Notes under the pieces: model-generated
What the model was told of the DNA's origin: nothing
The model's input: the letters and a program-made list of their open reading frames with translations, nothing else
Databases searched by the model: none
From: Patescibacteria group bacterium
GTDB lineage: Bacteria; Patescibacteriota; UBA1384; DATEAH01
DNA: 38,633 nt
NCBI GenBank assembly: GCA_035288465.1
Contig: DATEAH010000009.1
Location: 77,951 to 116,583 of the forward strand
Direction of reading: 5' to 3'
Part shown: positions 1 to 11,300 of the stretch, piece after piece
Layout of the letters: each line of letters opens with the position of its first letter
Position numbering within the stretch: the first letter of the stretch is position 1
Program-made: the position numbers and the translations under genes

Positions 1-1
1 G

Positions 2-733
2 GTAAATTACCAAACCAAAATTAATTTTGAGGTAGAAGATTTTATTATGGAAGACGAGCAAGGAACACCGAAGTTTTTGCCAAAAGGATCAGGAAAAACT
101 ACTTTAGCAAGTTGGATTGAGGTTTCAGCTGATAATTTTTATTTGAGTCCAAATGAAACTAAAGAAATTCCTTTTACAATTACAGTCCCCGCAAACGGGG
201 AACCCGGTGGTCATTATGCCGCGATTTTTTTCAAAACTGAGCCGACATCGACCAAAGGGCAGGCCCAACTTGAAATATCGGGTCGGGTAGGAGCCTTAGT
301 TTTGGTTTCAGTGCCGGGTCAAGTTTCCAAAACCGGGGAAATTTTGGAGTTTAAAACCCCGAAATTTGTAAATTCGGGGCCGGTTAAACTTTTTGTGAGA
401 TTTAAAAATACCGGCACGGTCCATTATCAACTTGGTGGGACAATAAAAATTTATAATTGGTTAGGTAAAGAAACGGCGACTGTCCAGCTACCCGAACATC
501 TGGTTTTGCCAGGCAGTACTCGCCAATTTGAGGGGAGTTGGAAAGCAAATTTTTTATTTGGCAAATATAAAGCTCGGTTGGAAATGAAAGATGGTGGAGG
601 GAACACAAGAACTGCTGAGGCAATATTCTTCGCTTTTCCATGGAAAATAGGTTTAATAATTTTAGGAAGTTTGCTAATTTTAATTAACATCACATATATA
701 ATAAAAAGAAAGTTTAAAATAGTTAGAAAATAA
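2..733 (+). CDS. Cell-surface beta-sandwich protein, 5'-truncated by the window edge, with a C-terminal membrane anchor (DUF916/DUF3324-like)
   Basis: The frame of the listed ORF (ATG 47) stays open back to nt 2 (VNYQTKINFEVEDFI-MEDEQ...), so the gene probably starts upstream of the window. It has the motif PANGEPGGHYAAIFFKTEP and a second beta-rich half. The C-terminus is a hydrophobic helix (WKIGLIILGSLLILINITYII) followed by a basic tail (KRKFKIVRK). The family name is from memory of Gram-positive surface proteins and was not searched. Confidence 0.55.
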   Translation, partial: VNYQTKINFEVEDFIMEDEQGTPKFLPKGSGKTTLASWIEVSADNFYLSPNETKEIPFTITVPANGEPGGHYAAIFFKTEPTSTKGQAQLEISGRVGALVLVSVPGQVSKTGEILEFKTPKFVNSGPVKLFVRFKNTGTVHYQLGGTIKIYNWLGKETATVQLPEHLVLPGSTRQFEGSWKANFLFGKYKARLEMKDGGGNTRTAEAIFFAFPWKIGLIILGSLLILINITYIIKRKFKIVRK

Positions 734-743
734 AGGGGGGAAA

Positions 744-1991
744 ATGCAAAAAAGAAGCAAGTTTTTATCAATTATGGTAGTTATTTTGACAATTTTTTGG
801 CTTTGGCAAACGACCTTGGCAGCTGATACACAATCTTTAAATATGAATGTGAAAGTGATTGATGTGCTACCCCCTGCCAATGTTTCTAATCTAACCACCT
901 CAGCCGGCGATCGCCACATTACTCTAACTTGGGTTAATCCCACAGATGCTGATTTTAAGGGCGTCAAAATACAAAGAAGAACCAACTATTATCCAGTAGA
1001 TCCAAATGACGGCGATAATGTTTATAATGGCAAAGAGACGTTATTTGTTGACCAGAATTTAACCAATGATATTCGTTATTATTATACGGCTTTTGTCTAT
1101 GACTATACTGGTAATTTCGCTTCGGGTGCAGTAACCTCGGCAGTCCCGACGGCGCCAACACTCACCCTACTTGAAGAAGAAGGAAGATTACTTTTGCCAA
1201 CAACCCCACAGACTAATATCAAGGCTCCGGTTAAAAAAGAAAAAATAGAAACTATCGATTTTAACTTTTATATTGTTTTTGATAAAGGTCCCCTTAAAAT
1301 TGACCTAAACAATTTGCAGCAGTTGAAGGCAGTCAAAGAATCAAAATTGATGATAACGGTGCGAGATGATATTTTTCCAAAAGAGGTGAATGTTATCGCG
1401 GTCACCATCGCTGGTTCTTCATATTTAATGCAACGGGTTCCTGATCAGCATCTTTATCGGACTATTTTTACCATGCCGACCCAAAAAGGAATTTATGATA
1501 TTACGGTGATTATCATCTATAAAGACGGCACCACTCAAGATGTTAAAATTAAAACCGTCGTTGATCCTTTCGGTTATGTTTACCAAGAAAAATCATTTTT
1601 CGGATTTGGCGAAAAGCAAGAAGTTAGAATTAATGGCGCCCAAATCACCCTTTATTATTCAAAAGGTAATAAATGGCATGAATGGAATGCCGAGGAGTTT
1701 AACCAACAAAACCCAATAACTACCGATAAGACTGGTGAATATTATTTCTTTGTCCCTAATGGTAAATATTATATGAAAGTAACTAAATCGGGTTATTTAA
1801 GTTATCAAACTACGCCTTTTGAGGTTAAAGATCAAGTCCTTAACAAAAATATTAAACTTGTGCCAATTTTTCGGGCTTGGTTTTTGCTGATATTGGCGTT
1901 AATTGTGCTTCTTGGTATTATTTTGATAATTGTGATTAAGAAGAGGAAACGAAGATTGCAAAAACCGAAAAATCTAGATATAATAAGCTAG
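744..1991 (+). CDS. Surface protein with signal peptide, Fn3-like domain, carboxypeptidase-regulatory-like domain and C-terminal TM anchor
   Basis: RBS GGGGGG lies 5 nt upstream of the ATG. The N-terminal signal is FLSIMVVILTIFWLWQTTLAA. An Fn3-like stretch reads NVSNLTTSAGDRHITLTWVNPTDADFKGVKIQRR. A CarboxypepD_reg-like stretch reads TDKTGEYYFFVPNGKYYMKVTKSGYLSYQT. The C-terminus is a TM helix plus KKRKRRLQKPK. Confidence 0.7.
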   Translation: MQKRSKFLSIMVVILTIFWLWQTTLAADTQSLNMNVKVIDVLPPANVSNLTTSAGDRHITLTWVNPTDADFKGVKIQRRTNYYPVDPNDGDNVYNGKETLFVDQNLTNDIRYYYTAFVYDYTGNFASGAVTSAVPTAPTLTLLEEEGRLLLPTTPQTNIKAPVKKEKIETIDFNFYIVFDKGPLKIDLNNLQQLKAVKESKLMITVRDDIFPKEVNVIAVTIAGSSYLMQRVPDQHLYRTIFTMPTQKGIYDITVIIIYKDGTTQDVKIKTVVDPFGYVYQEKSFFGFGEKQEVRINGAQITLYYSKGNKWHEWNAEEFNQQNPITTDKTGEYYFFVPNGKYYMKVTKSGYLSYQTTPFEVKDQVLNKNIKLVPIFRAWFLLILALIVLLGIILIIVIKKRKRRLQKPKNLDIIS

Positions 1992-2072
1992 TCCAATTAT
2001 TGCTGGGGCGATTAGCTCAGCCCCAAAGGGGCCCTTTTCCCCAAGGGAAGCCTTCGGCTCGGAGTGGTAGGT

Positions 2073-2333
2073 ATGACTTATTATGTTCATTTTTTAAAAA
2101 GTAAAAAAGATAATCAATTTTACATTGGATGTACAAGTAAAAACCCTAAAGAAAGATTAAAAGAACATAATTTCGGGATGGTAAAATATACTTCGGTACG
2201 AAGACCATTTAGGTTGTATTATTTTGAAAGTTTTGCCAATAAAAAGGAAGCATTTAAAAGGGAATGGTACCTTAAGCATCCACAAGGATACCAAGATAAA
2301 TTAAGAATAAAAAATAAAATAAGCGTAAATTAG
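2073..2333 (+). CDS. Small GIY-YIG nuclease superfamily protein (COG2827/YhbQ-like)
   Basis: The sequence YYVHFLKSKKDNQFYIGCTSKNPKERLKEHNFG ... RRPFRLYYFESFANKKEAFKREWYLK matches the GIY-(10 aa)-YIG, R, H-N and E pattern of the family. I prefer ATG 2073 over the listed GTG 2064 because GGAG at 2061-2064 sits 8 nt upstream of it. Confidence 0.8.
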   Translation: MTYYVHFLKSKKDNQFYIGCTSKNPKERLKEHNFGMVKYTSVRRPFRLYYFESFANKKEAFKREWYLKHPQGYQDKLRIKNKISVN

Positions 2334-2396
2334 CTTTGTAGAATTTATCTTCTGAATTCCAATTATTTCACGAATTAAAAAGAGAGGGAGGGGCTA

Positions 2397-5300
2397 ATGC
2401 CCTTTGAGATTCAACCAAGTTTTGTCTTGATAATTTTGGTATTTTTAATGCTATTAAATTTTCTATGGAAAATAGTTAAAATTACTCGATTTCCACGCGG
2501 TAATTTAATCGTTTTTTTGTTAATTTTGGTATCTTTTTCCTCATTTATGGCTTTCGGGCTTTCGGAACAACCCCAACAAGTCCAAGCCGCTGCTAAAACT
2601 TGGGATGGAGAAGGAACGGATGGAACTTGCGGCGGCGGCGCTGGCGATGGCAATAAATGGTCGTGCGCTTTGAATTGGGATAATGATGCCTTGCCGGTGC
2701 CGGCAGATACTGTTACTTTTAATTCCACTTCAACAAAAGACGTGACTATTGATGCGGCTGTCACAGTGGCTGGTTTTACCATCGCTGCCACTTATTCTGG
2801 TACCATTACTTCTTCCGCGGGAGCAAACTTAGCCATTAATGGCAACTACTCCCAATCAGCCGGCACTTTTTCACCAGGTTCAACCACAATTACGGTATCT
2901 GGACATTTTTTCATCTCAGCTGGCACTTTTACAGCTGGAACATCTACCTTAATTATGACTGGAGATTACAGGGGCCTTGCCGCAGAAGGCAAAACCCTAA
3001 ATAATCTCACCATTTCTGGAATTGTTGGTATCAATACTAACCTTTCCATAGCTGGAACCGGTATCTTAACGGTCGATGCGGCAAAAAGTATTTATATTTC
3101 AGAATATTATACTTTATCAATGTTATCTGGAGCCACCACCACAATAAACGGGACAATTGATGGCATTGGCACCTTGGAATTAATTGATGGATCCGGTGTA
3201 AATTTATCTGCGGGCGGGACTTTAAGATCAATTACCAGATTTACGACCTCGACTTCTAACACTACTATTCCAGACCGTGCATACGGCTCAGATCTCGAAT
3301 TATACAACAATACCGGATCTGGATATTCTGGAATAATGGAGGCAGGCACTACCACCATTAATGATAATTTATATTTATACGCCAATGGCGCCGGCAACAT
3401 CACTTTAGATGCTGTCACAAATGATCCCGACGTAGATATTGAAGGCAGTTTTGATTATATTGGCACCGGTGCCGGCTTAGAAGATGCTTCGCTTGGTGAT
3501 GGTAATTGGAATATTGCGGGATCAATAAGTTTGGCCGGTGGAACCTTAACTGATGATGCCTCGAGCGTATATTCCGATGGAGGTGAAGTAGTTGAAGCAA
3601 TGGGCGTAACGCTGGGGAGTAGTGTCATAAATATAATTAAATATAATGGAGATTTAATTGCGGCTGGTGATTTTACCAATATTGGAGGAGACCCAAATGC
3701 CGATTATATTGTTAGATGGAATGGTGCAAATTGGGTGGCGATGGGTTCAGGTTTAAATAATGAAGCAGTAGATTTGTTGGTTTATAATGGCTATTTAATT
3801 GTGACAGGTTATTTTACCACTGCCGGTGGTGTGACTGTCAATGGTATCACCAAATGGGACGGGGCAAGTTGGACGGCAATCGGTACCGGAATTTCCGGGA
3901 GTCAGGGGTATGCTTTGGGAGTCTACAATGGCAAAATGATTCTTGGCGGCGAATTTACCTCAGTGAGTGGTGTCTCGGCAAATCGGATTATCTCCTGGGA
4001 TGGCATCACTTGGACAGCGCTCGGGACTGGATTAACAGGTGGGCCGTTTGGCGGTAACTGGGTGAATGATTTAACAATTTATAATTCAGGTTTAGTGGTT
4101 GGTGGACAATTTGGCACTGCGGGCGGGGTGACTGCGAACAAGATTGCCAACTGGAACGGCTCAACTTGGTCAACTTTTGGTTCAGGTATTGGCAATCAGT
4201 ACAGTTCGGTCGCAACGGTTGAGGTTTATCATGGTAACCTATACGCTGGTGGCGGATTTAGGACTGCCGGTGGATTAACGGTAAATGGTATTGCTAAATG
4301 GAACGGTGCCGCCTGGTCAGCCTTGCCTGGTGGCGGAACTCCAAATTACGTTTTTGCATTTTTCGTTTATCAAGGAAAGTTGCTTGTTGGCGGAAATTTT
4401 AACTTAATTGGTGGCGTCGCCGCAACACGTACCGCATTTTGGGATGATTCTTCATGGTCGACCGCGATTAATATGGATGAAACAAGCTCGAGCGTTGGAA
4501 ATTTTATTGGTTATAACGGTAAAATTGTTATCGTCGGAGATTTAGATAAAACTTACAATGGTACCATAATTCGCCAATTAATCACTTGGCGGGAAAATTC
4601 AGTTACTGTTAATGGCCAAACCTTAAATAATCTAGAAATTACCAATACTTCAGCGGCCGGGGTTGCATTTAAAGACTCAGCGACAATTGCCGGTACCTTT
4701 ACGGTTGATACCGCTTCGGTTATTTTAAATTTTAACGCCGGTTCTACCTATACTGTCAATAATATTACTCTTAATGGTCAGGCTGGTACGTCAAGGATTA
4801 ATTTATCAAGTTCAAGTGCGGGCACGGATTGGAATTTAAATGTTTCAGGTGCACAAACTATCAATTATGTTGAAGTTTCAGATTCAGACGCTTCGGGTGG
4901 CAGTACAATTGATGCTGATGACGGCACGAACCGTGACCGGGGCGGCAATACAAACTGGGATTTTGATGATTCAGAGGATAGATATTGGGTAGGCGCAGCT
5001 CCTGCTGGTTGGAATAACACCGCCAACTGGTCTGATATTTCAGGTGGTTTAGGCGGGCATAGTATCCCATACAGAGCAAATTCAGTCTATTTTGACAATG
5101 GCGGCGCTGGCAGTATTACGATTAATGACGATACCGATATCGAAGTGGCTAAATTGACGATTGAAGCGACTTTTCCTGGAGGTTCAACTTTTGATGCGGA
5201 TAATGTTGAAATTACCTGTAATGGAGATTTTAGTGTATTTGGCGGCACATTCAATGCCGGAACCTCTACGCTAATTATGGATGCGACTGCGGCAAATTCA

Positions 5301-8300
5301 AATTTAATAACTAATGGTTATACTTTAAGCAGTGTTGAATTTCATCTTGATAATACCGCGGCTGCGAATAGAACGATAATTTTAGGATCAGGACCCGGTG
5401 AGACCTTGGCTTTTAGCGGTAATTTTACCTTAGATAATAATGATGACAATAATTTAATTGTCGATTCTGCCTCTAATGATCCAACGATTAATATCATCGG
5501 TTCAATCAGTGTTTCTGGTACAGGCGCTGGATCTGATTCACTTCAAATGGGTGACGGCACCTGGACTGTTTCCGGCAATGCTGATCTTTACGGAGGTTCA
5601 ATTACCGCGAATTCATCTACTTTGGTAATGAATGGTTCAAATAAAAATATTATTGGAGGCAGTAATACACTTCATAATCTCACCATTTCAGGCGTGATTG
5701 GTTTAGATGGCAGCCTTAACGTTGATGCCACTGGCACCTTAACGGTAGATAACACTAAAACACTTCAAATTTCGCCATCTGTCACCTTGTCAATGCTATC
5801 AGGAGCCACGACTACAATAAATGGCACCATTGATGGTCCGGGCACCCTTGAACTTATTGACGGAGCTGGTGCTAATTTATCCACCTCAAACACCTTAAGA
5901 GCCAAAACCAGATTTACCACTTCAACTTCGAATATTACCATTCCTGCCCGAACCTATGGCTCAGACCTTGAGCTCTATAATAATACTGGCTCAAGCTATT
6001 CCGGCATTGTTAATGCTGGTTCTATCAGTATTACCGGCAACCTCAATATCAGCGCTAATTCCACTGGTAGCCTGACTTTAAATGCCGCCACCAATGATCC
6101 TAATTTTGATATTGAGGGCAGCTTAGATTATACCGGCATCGGTGATGGTTCAGAATCTATCTCCATGGGTGACGGTTCTTGGAACATTGCCGGCTACACA
6201 GACTTTACTGGCGGTACCTTAACTCAAGATGACTCTGAAGTAATTATGGATGGTTCAACTAATGCTTGGTCAGGATTCGGTGTTGGTACATCAGGTGAGT
6301 ACCCATATGTTTTATCGATGACAAATTATAACGGAAAACTTATTATAGGAGGTGGGTTTACGACTATTGATGGAGTTCCTGCAAATTACATTGCTCAATG
6401 GGATGGCACTAATTGGACTGCATTGGGCACGGGCATGGATAGTTATGTTCGCGCTTTGACGACATACCAAGGTTATTTAGTTGCGGCCGGTAGTTTTTAT
6501 ACCGCCGGCGGTGTAGCTGTTAACCAAATTGCCAAATGGGATGGTGCGAATTGGTCAGCGATGGGAGAAGGTTTAACCGGCACAAATTCTGAAGTTGACG
6601 CGCTTTGTGTATATCGTGATAAGCTGTACGTAAGCGGTGATAGTTTTACGATTGATGGGCAAACTGACAATAGTATCGCCGAGTGGGATGGGTCAGATTG
6701 GTCAATCGTAAGCGGTTCACCTTCATCAAGCGTTTTTAGCTTAATAGTTTATAATAATAATCTTATTGTCGCTGCATATGATGAAGTGGTACCCGGGATT
6801 AGTTATATTGCCCAATGGGACGGTTCAACTTGGTCAGCCCTTGGAAGTGGTGTAAATAATTATGCCTATAGCTTAGAAATATATAATAATAAATTGATTG
6901 TGGGGGGTACTTTTACGACTGCCGGCGGCATTACCGTAAACAGTATTGCCCAATGGGATGGCGCAAATTGGTACGCCATGGGTACGGGCATGGATCAATA
7001 TCAGCTCGTCAGAGCAATGTATGTAGAAAATAATTATTTATTTGCTGGCGGAAGTTTTACGACTGCCGGTGGAGTGACGGTTAATAAAATCGCCAAATGG
7101 AACGGTACGAGCTGGTCGGCGATGGGTACGGGTATGAGTGGAAATGAAGTTTATGCGATTAATTCTTATAATGGTAATTTAATTGCAGGTGGCTCTTTTA
7201 CGACCGCCGGTGGAGTGACTGTTAATAATATTGCGAAGTGGCGGCCATCAACAATTACTTCTGCTTCGCAGACACTTAACGATTTAACCATTAAAGAAAC
7301 TTCAACTGAGGGGGTTGTACCGGTTGATACTTTAAATGTCGCGGGGAATTTATCTGTTTCTGCTGATGGGGCAGATAATGCTATTTTTAATGCCGCCGCC
7401 AACGATCCAACCATAAATGTTGCTGGTAATGTCGATTTTACCGGAATAGGTGGAGGATCGGAATCGCTCTTAATGGGTGATGGCACTTGGACTGTTTCTG
7501 GAAATATCAATTTTACTGACGGTACTGCCACCGCCAATAATTCAATCCTTATTCTTAACGGATCTAATCAACAAAATATTACCAGCGCCGGTAGTTATTT
7601 GAATAATTTAATTACCAAAAACACCTCGGTTAATGGTGCCAGGCCGACTGACGCCTTAGTTGTTGATGGGTATTTTTATCTCCAAGCTGATGTCGCCTCG
7701 GCAGTTACATTTGATAATGCTAATAACGTTGCTGTTACAATCGCCGGGAATTTATATACCAATCTTGGCATTGGCGCCGGTGACAGAAATCTCAAATTAG
7801 GCAACGGTACTTGGCAAGTTGGTAACAATCTTGATTTAAGCCTGGGTACGCTTGATGAGGGAAATTCTACCGTGATTATGACTGCCACTTCGGCCGGCAA
7901 AACAATCGAAAGTAACGCTCAATCATTTAATATTTTTGAATTAAATGGTTTAAACGGCGGATGGGATTTATCTTCTATATTAAGAAGTATTAGCCTGACC
8001 CTCTCCAATGGTACCTTAACCACCAATGATTTTGATTTAGATATGGGTACGGGATTGGCCGGGGGGAGTTATTCTCAAACAAATGGTATCTTAAATGCTG
8101 GAGCCTCACAAATTACTTGTTGGGGAAATTTTTCAGTGACCGGTGGAACTTTTAATGCTAATACTTCGCTAATCACGCTTGGTATCCGAGATTTGGGCAG
8201 TTCAACTTTTACGGGCGATGGTTATACATTCAATGACATCGCTTTCGTAAAGGTGCTTGGTGGTGGCGTTGGAACAATTAATTTAGGGTCAGGGACTTTG

Positions 8301-11300
8301 AATTTTACCGGAGATTTCTTTTTATCCAATTCTTCAGGCAACTTAATTGTTTCCGCAGCCACCAATGATCCTGATGTTAATATTGCCGGGGATTTGTATT
8401 CTAATGCTGGCGCAAGCGTTGAAACTTTCGATATGGGAGATGGTGATTGGAATGTTTCTGGGGATGTTAATTTTGCCACTGCGACCATAACCGCTGCAGC
8501 TTCAACCTTAATTATGGATGGTGATGCGACAATCCTAAACGGAAATAGCCGAATTTTAAATAATTTAAAAATTAGCGCCGATATTTCAATATCAATAGGA
8601 AGCGTTGGTGTTTCGGGAATCTTAACCGTTGATCCTACCCAAATACTCACCATTGAAGCGAACAGGTCAGTCGCTATGTCTAACGGCTCCACTACTACAT
8701 TAAATGGTGAAATTACCGGATTAGGAAGGTTTATTTTAGCTGATTCAGCGGGTGCTAATTTGTCTGCTGGTGGGACTCTTTCTGCCCCAACCCGTTTTTA
8801 TGCGAGCACTGGCGATGCGACTGTTGCTCCTCGAACCTATGTTGGGTCAGTTGAATTTTATTCAAGTAATGTTAATCCTCGAAATGTGATTTTAGGTACT
8901 GTGCCCGGACAAACAATTAATTTTTCATCAGATTTTAATCTAAACGCGAATGGCAATGGCAATTTAGTAGTTTCTGCCTCTGCAAACGATCCGCAAATTA
9001 ATATTTCCGGCAATCTTGATTATACCGGTGTCGGATTAGGCACAGAATCAATCACTGCTGGAGACAACACTTGGAGCATTTCCGGGAATGTGAATTTCAG
9101 CGATGGCAGTTTTACGCGGGAAGGCTCCTCTTTTATTATGAATGGGTCATCCGCACAATCTTTAACTGCAAACAACGTTAATTTTAATAATTTCACATCT
9201 CAAAATTCATCAGCCGCCGGTTTAACCTTAAATGACGGATTTACGGTTTTTGGGACTTTTGCCGATAATACTCCTGACACAAAAATTACTTTTAATGCTG
9301 GCTCTACCTACAATTTTACAAATATTGATCTTGACGGAACATTGGGTCAAGAAATTGTTTTAGTTTCATCAACTCCTGGTGCCTCCTGGCTATTAAACGT
9401 CACCGCTCTTGTTCCAACCGTTTCGTTTATAGATGTTTCAGATTCAAATGCCTCGGGTGGTTCGCAAATTATCGCCACAAATTATTGTCAAAATTTAGGT
9501 AATAATCAAAACTGGTTGTTTGGCGCCGCTCACGTCACAATTAACCCGGTTAGTGCAACAATAAATCTTGGTGAAACTTATCAATTTACTGCCCAAGCGT
9601 TTGATTCATCATGGACTTTACTTCCAACTGCCACCATCACTTGGTCGGTCGTGGCAGGTGGTGGTACAATTGATAACACCGGCAAATTTACCGCTGGAAA
9701 TGAAACTGGGATTTATTCAAACACAATTCAAGCCGAATCGAACGGAATCATTAATAATGCCTCGGTGACCATTAACGAATCACCATCACTACAAATTCCC
9801 ACTGCCCAAATTTCTGCCCCAGATTCAGCCATTGTTGGTGCGGAAGTTAATTTTTCAGGATTAACTAATTCAACTAACTCCCCTTCGTATTTTTGGAATT
9901 TTGACGATAGTCAGACCGGATCGGGTAAAAACATTACCCACACTTTTAGTCAAACCGGTTATTTTGATGTGGTCTTAACCGTGACAGATGCTGATAACCA
10001 ATCAAAATCCACCTCGCATAAAATTACCATCATTCCTCATGCCCCAATTATTATTAAAGCCGAAGAAGCTGAAGGCTTGGAAGTTTCAGTTTCAGGTACC
10101 TCAGATCCAAATATGACCATATTAACCACTCTTACCTCTGCCAAATCAGGCTCTAAAACTTCGGCTAATACTACTTCGAACAATGATGGCTCCTGGTCTA
10201 TTAAGATTGATTTGGCGACACTAAGCGAAATGAAGCCGGGTTGGTATTATTTTCAAGCCATTGCCCAAGATTCAAACAAAATCTCGAGTGATTTTTCAAA
10301 TCGCTACGATTTATATCTCGTCTTCATTAATAACCCCGAACAACCTGCTCCCCAAAAACCAGACACATGGTACGATCAAGCATACCAACAAATCAGCACT
10401 TTTTTGAAAAGAAATTTACCAAATCCGGTTCAAAAAACGATCAAAAGCATGAATTTGCCCATCACCGCTGTCGCCGCCACTTTAAATATCATTCCTGCTT
10501 TAGCCTCATTATTTATTTCAACTACTCCCCAAATTGCACCTTTATTCTTTGCCGTCTGGCAAGAAATTTACCGTACGATTCTTAATATTTTGCAGATCTT
10601 GGGTTTTAGAAAGCGTCGCAAGCCATGGGGTACTGTTTATGATTCGGTCACTAAACAACCAATTTCTGGAGCCTTGGTGCAAATTTTTGATGCCGTTTCT
10701 GGCCGGTTAAAAGAACAAACTTCCACTGACATTTCTGGCAGATTCGGTTTTCTCGTTAATTCTGGTGAATATTTTATCAAAGCCTCAAAAAATGGCTATA
10801 ACTTTCCCTCCCTGAACATATCAGGTAATTTAGATGTCGGTTATGAAAATTTGTATCACGGCGAAAAAATTAATGTCAAATATGATTTAGGTGTCATTAA
10901 TGCAAATATCCCCCTTGACCAAAAAGATTTAGCGCCGGGGGCAGAAAAGAAATACTCATTATTTTTTACAATCCTGCGTTTCTTCGCTAAAATTCAACTT
11001 CCGATCTTAATTTTAGGCACCTTAGTTTCCCTGACTAGTTTTTTCTTAGAAAGAACCCTTTTTAACGAATTAACACTTCTATTCTATTTTGCCCTTTGGT
11101 TATTTGAATATCTCAAGTATCGCCGCGCTAAAGCATATGGTATGATATTAGATATAGAGACCAAAAAACCGATTATTTTAGCTTCAGTAAGATTATTTGC
11201 TTCAGACCAAAAACTATTAAATACCTGTGTTTCTGATTGGTTGGGTAGATACCGTTTCTTAGTTCAAAAAGGCGAATATAATCTTCATGCCGACAAATCA

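Noticed and set aside
2005-2075. Possible tRNA gene starting with GGGGCGATTAGCTCAG
   Set aside because: Only the acceptor 5' strand and the D-arm start resemble a tRNA. The following sequence (CCCCAAAGGGGCCCTTTTCCCC...) cannot form a D stem closure, anticodon arm or T arm. There is no GTTCGAATC-type T loop and no complementary acceptor 3' strand, either here or after the GIY-YIG ORF. I kept it only as a possible remnant within the cassette finding.
2411-8692. Minus-strand and off-frame ORFs inside the giant gene (for example 2411-2791, 3107-3418, 3455-3679, 7166-7537, 7676-7900, 8222-8692, 3854-4057)
   Set aside because: They lie entirely within a 9.1-kb ORF that has clear domain and repeat structure. 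Their products are low-complexity Pro/Ser/Val-rich mirror translations of the Gly/Thr/Ala-rich repeats, and they have no RBS. These are typical shadow ORFs.
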